Shown here piece by piece: positions 1-11,039 of a stretch of 64,000 nt of DNA. Positions within the stretch are counted from its first letter, which is position 1. Each line of letters starts with the position of its first letter. Source of the stretch: Alloascoidea hylecoeti (taxonomy: Eukaryota); the NCBI GenBank assembly GCA_001600815.1, contig BCKZ01000012.1, forward strand, positions 485,546-549,545, given 5' to 3'. The translations under genes were made by a program, and so were the position numbers. The notes below the pieces were generated by a model. That model searched no databases. It had not been told where the DNA came from and was given only the letters and a program-made list of their open reading frames with translations.

Positions 1-839
1 GATTTTTAAATCTCCAAAATAATTCGCCATATTTATTTGGCATAATTGATCCCCATTTTCTCTGATTTTTTCTTCGACATCTTCTGCAAACCGCTTAAAT
101 TTCACTATAATACTCTCCATTCTGTGTGGTAAAGAAAAGAAAATGAGTATAAGGTTGTTAGGATGTTACGAATTTACGAAATTACCATAAAACTAGGCAG
201 TATATTAGACTAGAATTTTAACATAATAAAGCAAGATTTCCTATAACTAAATTAGTCAATTAATATATAAATATATGTGTAGTGGTCGAGTCAGGTTGAG
301 TCATTTAGAGGGCTCGGATGCCACAACATTTGTTTTGTTTCGACCACGAATCACAAACAAAAACATACTATAATTACAAATACGATCACTCATGATTTAG
401 ATAATATTTATTTATTCTCTTACACTATATATACAGTCTTGTCACTTAATATCGGACACTTTTATAAATATCATTAATTGTCATTGCTAATAGTAAGAGC
501 TTATTTTTGTTGAAATATTACGTCTCGTGGTTCAACTCCTCAAATTAAGATGTTTTATTCTACTTAATGGACAAAATTAAAAAACATCGTGACTATAAAT
601 ATGTATCCGACATGGTGAATATCAGAAACTGATTATATACTTATATTAGGATTCATTCTTACAAACTGTAGTCTTCTATTTTATATATACAGGCTATTTT
701 AAAAGTTGCAGTTATAAATTATCACTTTTCCCAAGTACAAAAGAAAAAGAACAGAAGAAAATTAATAAACTATCGAAGCTACAGCTAATAGCTGCTCTCA
801 GATGAACAACAGATTTATAAAGCAAACTACTAAAAATTC

Positions 840-2180
840 CACATGAGGGCCGTGAGGGCCGTGATAAAAATCTATTTTTTGCAAGTGGTAGAGAAGCTAA
901 AGTTTTGAGAGAAAAATGGGATAAGGGATTATTTTTATCAAGAGGTTTCTATCTTAAACTTTCCAGACTTACATGCTTCAGATGAAGATTTTCCGGATGC
1001 CAAAACTGAGTCCATTACTATCAAGCAAGAGTGGTATTCGGAATTTTGTCAAGTTCTCACACACAAACCAATTAACCACTGTTCCGTGACCTTTCACGAG
1101 GTTCAATTACGTACTGAACACCAACATCGCGGCATTACCACTGGTCTAGGCGCTTTAGATAAAGTTGTTATACTGCTAATTCTTAAGAAAGCTGAATTGT
1201 CGGGTTTGGACCGTCCATTTATCATCGATATCACTGAAAGCAGGACTCTCATTAAAGAGATCATTGAATTTTTTGAGACCGAGCCGTGTAATATTGATAA
1301 ATGGAATGAAAGAGGGAGAGAATTCTTTGAGAAAAAAAATCGACTTTTTTTTATTTATTTGCAAATCGAATGTTATCTACCAGCCTTTACTCGTGAAAGC
1401 TCAAATTGGACACTCCCATATCAAGAAGAATTGTTCGCCTTAAAAAATTTGAGAGAGTTTGCTTCAGGAGTGAGATCATTATATGAACCAGGACTTAGAA
1501 TCTTCAGTGATGGGCATTTATATTCTGATTTGAGTAAGTGATGTACTTTTTCGAGAAACTTGTTCTTAATTTTAACATTTAAAATTTTTTATAGTTGGCG
1601 CCAACGACACTCAGCTTGATGAATATGAATCTCAACTCAAAGAGCTGGGAGAAGCACTTGATGAATCCAATGAATGATTTACATTCTTTCGCCTCTCCGA
1701 TCTTTTAAACAAGATGCTTGATGGTAACATTCTTTCAGTTGTTGAAAAACGAATATTTTCTTATGCACCAAAGAACAGAATCAACGCTGTTTCAGACGCT
1801 TCTAAGATCCTGTGAAACTAATATCACAATGGGTGTGTTTGACGATATTGTACGTCATCCGATTTCCCTGGATTTGAGAGCTGAGGAAAAGAGGTCTAGA
1901 GGTCTTGGTCCTAATATTGCAATTCAAATGATCAAAGTAAGCAAATATACAATTAAGAACATGGTCTCTTTATGTCGACAAACATTTCTATTACTATTTT
2001 GTGTTTGGATAGAGAAACAGGGCATATTCTAATTTGGTTGAAATATTATTACCTGCTAATGGTAGATTGAGTATCCAAATGTATGCAATTTTGGGGGTTT
2101 CAAATATAAATGGTAGTTATATATTTTTGAAGACCTAATTCTGACTACTATTTTTTTAATTTAGTCGCAACATTGGTCAA
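840..2180 (+). pseudogene. DIT1: DIT1/PvcA-family (pyoverdine/dityrosine biosynthesis, isocyanide synthase) pseudogene with 2-3 introns; boundaries approximate
   Basis: ORF 1086-1541 has LPAF..SSN..LP..EE.AL..L..F......Y.PG.RIFSDGH.YSDL. Removing intron 1534-1594 (GTAAGT..TAG) gives IGANDTQLDEYESQLKEL. Removing intron 1937-2012 (GTAAGC..TAG) gives QMIK|RNRAYSNLVEILLPANGRLSI, matching the family MI.RN.AYS......P..IRLSIH motif. Probable third intron 2081-2164. In-frame stops, frameshifts, degraded PCKS motif; C-terminal PWH motif not found. Confidence 0.8.
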
Positions 2181-5100
2181 GCTGAAGCTCAACAACAGAA
2201 ACCACGGCCAACACCACCAAGGAGCTTAGATATGGAACGGCAGAAACCCAAACTGCTAGTAGCAGAGGCACTTCAAGCTTTGAATAAAGTTGAGTGTATC
2301 CATATTTACATTATGGTCGAATTGGTGTCATCTGCTAGTTGTGTTTGATGCCACACCCGCAAAAGAAGATGCTGCGAAATATGAAAGCATTACATGTGGT
2401 GGGCCTTCCTTGTCTCACTTACTAACGTGTTTACTGGGTTATCACGGCTGCTGATAAGAAACGTAATAACTCACGTCAAAAAAGGAGGCGAGGTGGATTC
2501 AATCATGGGAGGATCCTAAAGCAAAATGGGACGGTGCACCAGGCTGTTGTCTGGGTGGCGAGCTTGTTGAATTTCGTTGCCATTTCCTTTTATAAACTTA
2601 TTAGTAGCCTTAAGTTGAGAATAAAACTAAAGAGAATGGACGGCAACAGGTATTCTCGCGGCGGTGGCCCACAGTCGCTGATATTGTTGGAGGAGGATTA
2701 TCTTCCTTTATAATCGATCATCGTAGCATAGGCCACCGGCTTTTTAATGCTGTGCATTTGAACTGATGGTCCAACAAACTAATTTTATTCATTTGGGTTT
2801 GTGAGCCGGCTATTAGTTAATTATCACCCAGACAAATTGTCGTGATCTAGTAGCAAACTATTAATAGAGCCTCAAAGCTCAGTTGATTATATTCCCGATA
2901 TAAACTAGCTAGTTTACCCTTTCTCACACGAAAATCCATCCCTCGATTATCCCCAATCGTTATTCAATTATTCAAAATAAGAATTAAATTGGGACTCGTC
3001 GTTAAATATTACCCGGTCACATCGTTATTTTATTCTCAAATGACCCGTAAATAAATAAATTGGAAAAAACAGTATATTAGAGCTGCCCAAAACTGTACAT
3101 TTCAACCAGGAAGTCCAAAAACACAAACAAATATAAATTATTATAAATTGTATTAGTAAAACCTGCTTGATGATCTCGTCATTCAGCTGATCAATTTTTC
3201 TTTAAAAACATAGAATAATCTCTAATGAGTCGCTTTTGAAAAGGTTCATATTCTATACATCCATTTTGAAGTGTTTGAAATTTCTCTCTAGATGTGATGC
3301 TCTCAAAAATAAAATGAAGCAGAACACCATTGACTCATTTTCTAAGGCATTGAGATGTGTGATATGATCCACGCCTGTTCTCAGGTATACTATAGATTAT
3401 GTTAGAGCCCATAGTTTCTCTTCACGCTCGTTGATACCTTTGCTCTAGTTTTCTCCGTGACCACTTCCCATACAGATTGCCCGTATACTCAATAGATAGA
3501 TTTTTCAAGACGTTATGTAAAAATTATGTAATTGGTGTGTAATATATTACATAATCTTGGATGGATCTTCAACTTCTACTGTGTATAATCAAATCTATAT
3601 AGCTAGCCTAATTATCAGCGGTATATCATAATCGTTATTTTGACTATTCTTTTAAACAGCTAGCTTCTACCAAGTATTTTGAATTTGAAGGACTCTTTGA
3701 AGTTGATTCAGCATTACTTGAGCTTATGTCTTCTTCTCCCACTTCAATTATTTCCTTTTCCATGTAATTTTTCCATTATATCTCCGTACATGGTTTCTTC
3801 TCTTGATTGATCTTCTTACACCACCAAACAGGTCCTCTCCATGCTAAAATTTATACAACTCTAAGGCCATCACACACCTCAATGGTTACCCAGGTAAATC
3901 TTAATATTAAACACCCTTAATTCCATAGGAATTGTTGTCTTAAATCGGCACACAATATAAGCCGTCGCGGTTATGCCACCAAACAGCGCTACAGCTAGCA
4001 TTGCAATGACCCCTAAACAGATAATCATGAGCAATGGTGATGTGTACGTATTACGTACAGCCGTCAAGCCGGGCAATAGAGACATTTCGCGTGCTCATTG
4101 ACACCCGGTGCTGTTGCGAAGATTTGGGTTTGCCATGATGGATTGGAAAATCAAAAGGATCAAAATAGATTTATATTGAAATAAAATGTAGGCTATATGA
4201 CATTATGGGTTAACTATGACATGATATATAGATAAGAGTCTAGGCTTAAGCATTCCAGAATTCTAGCTTGTAATTCGTTTAAGTTTATTTTCATTTATTA
4301 ATGTTGTATCGGTGTTATTGCACTTAAGGGATAATTAGTTAAATACAAATACCACTATTGCGCTATAGTGTAAACGACAGGCCGTAATTATCATTGAACT
4401 TAATACAAATTGATGATTGCAATTGAGAAGATATCAGAAGAAATGACCATGTATAAAATTATGATTATAATTATCAATATAATATATCATTTTAATGGTT
4501 TTCAAACTTTTCATAGCGGGAAAAAGAACTGCGCTTGAAATTGATAATATAATATAATTGCTTTGTCTTAAACAAGCTTCTGTTAAAAAGATACTTTAAA
4601 TTTACGATGCTAATATATTTTTTATTTACGCATGATTCATGAGACAGTGCTCAATCACTCAAAAATCCCTGAGGAAAAAAAGCTTGAGAGATCACCGACG
4701 CCGAATATCGATCGCAAATTTGCAAATTTGAAGACAAGTCTAAAAAAGTTGAGAAGCAACGAGTGGTGATAAATGTTAGCCGCGCATGATTACTTAAGCT
4801 TGGCAAAATTATGACAACATTTAAAATGATGATTTCATAATTAAAAACTTGAATATGACATATTAAATGAGAAAATGGTGAGAGTTTAGATAGAAAATTT
4901 TTGGTCATATGTCGACGTCCATAGATTCTCATCATTCATTCCTATAAACAACTGCTAATAAATGTGTCAATTATCGCATTGCATAGCCCTGGATCTTCTA
5001 TCGTAGGTTATTAAATGCAAGAGATGAAGATATGGTGTACTGTGATGGGGCTCATGATCATGATCAATTGATAAGAGAATAAAAGACGTTTGCAATCGGA

Positions 5101-5190
5101 AATGATTCTCCCAATCCATAATTTCATTACAGCATGTACGGTTATAATTACTTGAAGGTTGTAGATCTGTGATTCCAGTAAACTATTAAT

Positions 5191-5220
5191 ATCAGTGATT
5201 TCAGTGATTTCAGTGATTAC
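5191..5220. repeat. short tandem repeat, TCAGTGATT-type unit x3
   Basis: atcagtgatttcagtgatttcagtgattac read directly. Confidence 0.85.
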
Positions 5221-6009
5221 GAACTTCATATGTAGTTAGCAATTTTCCACATTTCCTTTCAAAATCTGATTTTGGTGACAGTGGTCAATGGTCATTGAGT
5301 ATTAATATACGTGTGCAATATATCATTATTCGCATTAATTGTGGATTTAAGATTTGAGCCTGAGACAATAACATCCATATTAACTAACATGAATATTAAC
5401 ATCATATGTTAGCGAAATATAATATTAATATGAATTAATAATTAAGTTCATCATTAGGTTAATCTATATTTATGATCATGATCATTTCTCAGACCTCTTT
5501 TATTAATTATAATGATCAGTCATTTATGACCACCAGACAGTGGCAGACTGAAATGCTTAAGTAAATATTAGCACGAGTAAATACTATAAACAGATAGTTA
5601 CAGCATTATCTTGTGAAAACAGACGTACTGCTAATTAACATATTGATTGTAACTTGAATATGCATATATTTTATACCATACTATCAATACTTTTTGGAGG
5701 AGATGATGGATTGTAATTGTAATATTTAGAGTTAGAGTGCTTATCATGTTCATGATCATGATCATTTCCAAACCATGGTGCACGATTGTTAGGAATGTTT
5801 AGTCATAGCTATTAAGGTGGAAAGCATTTGGACCTATTGAGTATTCCTGGGGTATTCAGCTACACCTACATTTACATCTACGCCTTCATAAGATCTGAAG
5901 ATAATGAATTTTATGTAGAATGAAAAGAATTGATAATATTGTTGTGCTGCAGGGTCATGCATGCAGCTGTACTCTTCTTGTATACCAAATTTAAGCTTAT
6001 AATTAAATG

Positions 6010-6016
6010 TATAAAA
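6010..6016 (+). promoter_or_regulatory. putative TATA box of the 6118 small gene
   Basis: TATAAAA about 100 bp upstream of the ATG, followed by a pyrimidine-rich tract. Confidence 0.5.
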
Positions 6017-6117
6017 GCTGATCATCTTCTCGTTCTCTTTTTCTTTCTTTTGTTTATCATCCCAATTCATCTACAGAATTAATATTTACTCCTCCTCTGA
6101 AACTATTTTTATTGAAA

Positions 6118-6416
6118 ATGTCTACTACTGCTGAAGTATGTCCATCTTTCCTAAATCTTTTTTAGTGACGGCTCTCTTCTAACCGCGCTTGTTTGTTTTC
6201 CTATAGACCACAAAACCAGCTGCCACCGAGCCAGTCGCTACTCCAGCCGAGACCACTGAAGCCCCTGCTGCTGTCGAGGGAACTCCAGTTCCAGAACCTG
6301 CCACGGAACCAGAATCTGAGGCTACCGCCAAGACAGAGGAAAAAAAAGTTAATATTGTTAAGAAATTCACAATCAAGATTAAGAACTTATTAAAAAACTT
6401 CAATAAATCCTCCTGA
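6118..6416 (+). CDS. 75-aa spliced small protein, join(6118..6135,6207..6416); acidic T/A/P/E-rich N-terminal part and basic amphipathic C-terminus (Zeo1-like architecture)
   Basis: AAAATG start context, MSTTAE|GTATGT donor, CTAAC branch, TAG acceptor at 6206. Exon 2 is in frame: TTKPAATEPVATPAETTEAPAAVEGTPVPEPATEPESEATAKTEEKKVNIVKKFTIKIKNLLKNFNKSS*. Confidence 0.8.
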
Positions 6417-6886
6417 TTCCAAAATGGACTGGTACTTGTCTAAGTTCCAACTAGACCTGGTTTTTTCTTGTTGTTTTCCCGTTTCTGTTTTATCTTCACC
6501 CTTTTTCTTATTTTCAGTTCCCCTTTAAATCTTAATTGAAGGAATACACACTACTAAATCAAAGTCTCACATTTGCTCTGTTACTTGTTGGCGAAATTGT
6601 GTTTGGGTATCTAATATGGCTAATAATACTACTAGTGTCGCTATTTAATGTATAATTTAATTGTCTTCTGCTTCGCTTATAAGTTCAAACACAAACGTAA
6701 AATCTAAACAGACCGTATATTAAATAATCGGATGTCCGGTGGGGTTTGCGATTTCCATTTCACCTGAACATCCACACACCTTCCTTTCAAACCCAACTTG
6801 TTGCTCTCTTCTCCTTCCAACCTCCCATTCACTCATAAAGTGATCGTCCACACATCTGTTTCTCCCTTCGTTGGCAACTCTTCAAA

Positions 6887-8649
6887 ATGTAAGTCTGTTC
6901 TTGCCTATCCAGGTCCTCACGGTCTTAGGACCATCGTCTGATCGATCCCGTTAAGTTACGAATCTAACGTTCAACCTCTATCTAGGGATCTTCGTGTAGG
7001 AAGAAAATACCGTATTGGCAGAAAGATCGGTAATGGGTCTTTCGGTGATATTTATCTGGGTATGTTTTGTTTATTCTTTTGCAACTCGATTTCCTTTTTT
7101 TTCGTTGGATTTTCTCGTTGTTGCTTTTGTGTTCTATTTTTGTGTTGTGGTTGTTTCGGAACTGAAACTAACTTGTTTCGGCTGACTTTAGGAACAAACA
7201 TCATTTCAGGCGAAGAAGTTGGTATCAAACTAGAAAGCGTTAGAGCAAAACACCCTCAGCTAGAGTATGAAGCAAAAGTGTAAGTTATTTTATTTTATTG
7301 CTTGATTTTATTTTTTAAAGTTTTTTTTCCTTTTCCCTCCTCCTCTGAAAATAACCTAACACTTCATGTGCAGCTACAAAGCTCTATCTGGTGGTATTGG
7401 CATTCCATTCGTTCGCTGGTATGGAACCGAGTGTGAATATCATGCCATGGTTATGGATTTATTGGGGCCATCTCTGGAAGATCTATTCAACTATTGTAAT
7501 AGAAAGTTCTCTTATAAAACGGTTTTGTTATTAGCAGACCAATTATTATGCCGTATAGAGTACGTTCATGCTCGTTGTTTTATACATCGAGATATTAAAC
7601 CCGATAATTTCCTTATGGGTATTGGAAAAAGAGGAAATCAGGTTAATATCATTGATTTTGGTCTTGCTAAAAAATTTAGAGATCCAAGAACTCATTTACA
7701 TATACCATACAGAGAAAATAAGAATTTAACTGGTACTGCAAGATATGCAAGCATTAATACTCATTTGGGTATTGAACAATCAAGAAGAGATGACTTGGAA
7801 TCTTTAGGTTATGTTTTGCTTTATTTTTGCAGAGGAAGTCTACCATGGCAAGGTTTAAAAGCTGCTTCTAAAAAGCAAAAATATGATAGAATTATGGAGA
7901 AAAAAATGACTACTCCTGCTGAAGTATTGGCTCGTGGTTTACCAACGGAATTTACCATATTCTTAAACTACTGTCGTGCCTTAAGATTTGAGGATCGACC
8001 AGATTATAACTATATGAGAAGAATATTCAGAGATTTATTCATTAAAGAAGGTTATCAATATGATTCTATTTTTGATTGGACTATTTTTAAATTCCAAGAA
8101 AATCAGAATACAAAACAACAAAAACAAGTTGAAGATAAGAGAGATGGTGATGAAGAAGCTCAACAAGCACAAATACGACTATCTCAAACAAAGCCACAGT
8201 TGCAGCAAGAAGCTGGTGAAGGTGATTTACCTCAATCTCCTCGACGACAAGCTATTACTAGTTATGGGGTTTCTAAACCATCCCAAGGTGCTTTTATGAA
8301 TCAACCACAACGTTTGACACCATATAGCTTAAACGTTGCCAGTCGTGAAACTCGTAAAACGGTTGAGGTCAATGCACCTAACATTGGAGAAGGGAAAGAC
8401 GTACCAATAGGAACTCTTTTCACCCAACAACAGCAACAGCAACAACAACAACAACAACAACAACGGCAAGCAGCAGGTCATCCACTTGGCAGAGTTGTCA
8501 CGACATCTAAGAATAAAGTAGGAGCATGGGAAATGGATGTTCCAGAAAACCTCAGAGTTGATAATCAACCACTACCTAAGTACGACACAGGAGCTGCCTA
8601 TCATGGAGCAGAAGCGGCTGCTGATGCCAATAAGCAACCATGGCTTTAG
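6887..8649 (+). CDS. HRR25: casein kinase 1 (Hrr25/Hhp1), join(6887..6888,6986..7059,7192..7279,7374..8649), 479 aa
   Basis: Spliced product starts [64 protein letters not shown] motifs; three canonical introns. Confidence 0.95.
8425..8463 (+). repeat. CAA/CAG repeat encoding Q13 in the CK1 C-terminal tail
   Basis: 13 consecutive Gln codons. Confidence 0.9.
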
Positions 8650-9036
8650 TTTAATAACGTAACTTACATTTTTATCTTGTGATTATTCTTATTATTTTTT
8701 ATACAGTTTACTATAACAAACTAAAGCAGTGATTGATTAATATGTTTTCTTGTGTTTATTTTTCTTTATAGTTCTTGCATTATTGGAAATCCTAGCCCGA
8801 TTAACATCATGGCAATAGATTTATAATTAGTAGTATTAATAATAATATTTGTTGATGATCTTATTGATTAATTTCATGGTGTATGTAATAGCTATTTTGG
8901 AAGTTTCCGAAGAGGGTTGCTTTATTAGCTAGGTTCAATAACTAGGGTTGTCCCGTCGGCCCGATGATTTTGTTGAGCACCCCGTTGTCACATTAGCTAT
9001 AGATACCCCGTTAGTCTTCATCACACTAGATAGATT

Positions 9037-10785
9037 ATGATGTTGAGATTGAGACGATTAGAAAGTTTGTGGTTCAATTACTCAGCGAAAACTACATCCT
9101 CTTGCTTGAAACCATTAATAAGCAAAAGACTCAACCATTCTTTTTCTAGTCTTCTAAAAAATCCACCTTTTCAACCGCAAAGTCAATTATCTTCTTCTTT
9201 TAATTATAATTACAACTATTACTCCAAATTATCAATGTCAAATAAAAACAACTCAATCACAACATTATCTTCAACAGCAAATGAAATTATTACTTCAAAA
9301 CGATTAGTTGATAAATTTGGTCCTGAAGTAATTAATTATTTTTCTGGATCAAAATTAAATAGATTATCATTTTTAAGAACAAATTATGATTTTTTAAATT
9401 TAGCTTTAAAACACAAAAGTACAAGATTTATTATATTTAGAGATAGAAAACCAGCAGTTAAATATATCAAAGATAATGAATCAACAAGTGATTTAAAAAA
9501 GTATGAGAATCAAAAAAAGGGAAAATTACAATTTTTTAATTATGAAACTGTTAAAACAATAATTGGAGATCCTTTTATTAAAGATGAAGAAGTTATGATT
9601 AAGGAATGGGATTCAAGTATTTATAAACCAATTTTAGTATTTATGGGTATTGATGAAGAAGTTAAAGATAAAGAATTATCAATTTCTTATAAAAATGAAA
9701 AGGCAAATATTGATTATATTGGAAGAGCATATTTTGCATTAGATATTTCAGATGTTTCAAAAGGTGAAATAATTGAAGAAGTATCTGATGTACCGATAAA
9801 AGATTCATCAATAGAAGTAATTGAAAAGAAAAATTCTGAGTTAGAAAACCATAGTGAAGATTTTGAATTTTCTTATGATTATAAATTACAATTTGATAAT
9901 GGTAAACAAATTGATGAAGAAATTTCAAAACTTTTGGAAAATTTTAATGGAAATGGAATTGAATTTAGTCCAGTTGGTTATCAAAATTTATTATTAGATC
10001 AAAATGATGCAGCATTATTTTCTCATGGTATAATTTATATTGATTGGAATACAAGAAATAAATTTTGTTCAGGATGTGGATCAAGACAAATGTCAATTAA
10101 TGGAGGTAATAAATTAATTTGTCCATCAACAGATCAAGCTAAAACATTTTTAACTATAAAAGATGAAAAGATTGGTTTAGTTAAAATTCCAAGAAGGAAA
10201 CCTGGTAAAGATTGCCCAACAAGAGGAGTTTTAACAAATACTCATTTCCCAAGAACAGATGTTGTTATTATAGTTGCAACAATAAATTCTACAGGTGATA
10301 AACTTTTATTAGCAAGAAATAAACGATTCCCTAAAAAATTTAAATTATATAGTTGTGTAGCAGGGTTTATTGAACCAGGGGAATCAATTGAAGATGCAAC
10401 AAGAAGAGAAATTTGGGAAGAAACTGGTGTTGTTGCAAGTAAAGTTGTTATTCATTCAACTCAACCATGGCCATTCCCAGCCAATTTAATGCTTGGCTGT
10501 ATTGCACAAACGGATGGTAGTAATGATGGGAAGGAAGAAATTTTATTAGAACATGATACTGAATTATTAGATGCTAAATGGTTTGATTTTGATGTTGTTA
10601 AAAAAGCATTATTGATTTCTAAAAATGCAACAGATTCAAATTTTAAATTATCAAAAGAATTAATTGATGAAAAGAAAGAAATTGATGGAATATTAAGTAT
10701 TCCTCCTCCAAATGCAATTGCTCATACATTAATCGATGCAGTTGTAAATCGTCAATTTCATTTTACAAAAGGTGTAAAGTTATAA
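9037..10785 (+). CDS. NPY1: NADH pyrophosphatase (NudC-type Nudix hydrolase)
   Basis: NYFSGSKLNRLSFLR, FCSGCG zinc ribbon, FPRTD, Nudix box GFIEPGESIEDATRREIWEETGV, TQPWPFP. Confidence 0.93.
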   Translation: MMLRLRRLESLWFNYSAKTTSSCLKPLISKRLNHSFSSLLKNPPFQPQSQLSSSFNYNYNYYSKLSMSNKNNSITTLSSTANEIITSKRLVDKFGPEVINYFSGSKLNRLSFLRTNYDFLNLALKHKSTRFIIFRDRKPAVKYIKDNESTSDLKKYENQKKGKLQFFNYETVKTIIGDPFIKDEEVMIKEWDSSIYKPILVFMGIDEEVKDKELSISYKNEKANIDYIGRAYFALDISDVSKGEIIEEVSDVPIKDSSIEVIEKKNSELENHSEDFEFSYDYKLQFDNGKQIDEEISKLLENFNGNGIEFSPVGYQNLLLDQNDAALFSHGIIYIDWNTRNKFCSGCGSRQMSINGGNKLICPSTDQAKTFLTIKDEKIGLVKIPRRKPGKDCPTRGVLTNTHFPRTDVVIIVATINSTGDKLLLARNKRFPKKFKLYSCVAGFIEPGESIEDATRREIWEETGVVASKVVIHSTQPWPFPANLMLGCIAQTDGSNDGKEEILLEHDTELLDAKWFDFDVVKKALLISKNATDSNFKLSKELIDEKKEIDGILSIPPPNAIAHTLIDAVVNRQFHFTKGVKL

Positions 10786-11039
10786 CAATATATAATATAT
10801 CATAAAATATTATGTAGTTGGTTTGGCTAGTTATAGATTTAAAGAGAAAAAAAAACTCCAGTTTTATAATCAAGGACATAATTGAAAAATCTTTCTCTAA
10901 ATATTTATATAGAATAGTAATTCTCGTATTCTATAACCCCACGCAATATTTAAAATTGCAATCAAGATACAAATTTAAAATGATTACGAATATGATCCTG
11001 TTAAAAGACTTGTTCAACTATTGTTACTAGTACCAGGAA

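Noticed and set aside
480..550. tRNA-like B-box GGTTCAACTCC with an upstream small stem-loop
   Set aside because: Acceptor and T stems do not pair and the putative anticodon loop is 6 nt; no cloverleaf.
3879..4085. 68-aa hydrophobic ORF on the minus strand
   Set aside because: No recognisable motif or supporting gene structure; cannot be distinguished from chance.
6179..6403. 74-aa minus-strand ORF that looks like a signal-peptide membrane protein
   Set aside because: Antisense shadow of the better supported spliced plus-strand gene 6118-6416.
7062..7283. Cys/Phe-rich 73-aa ORF
   Set aside because: HRR25 intron 2 read through into exon 3.
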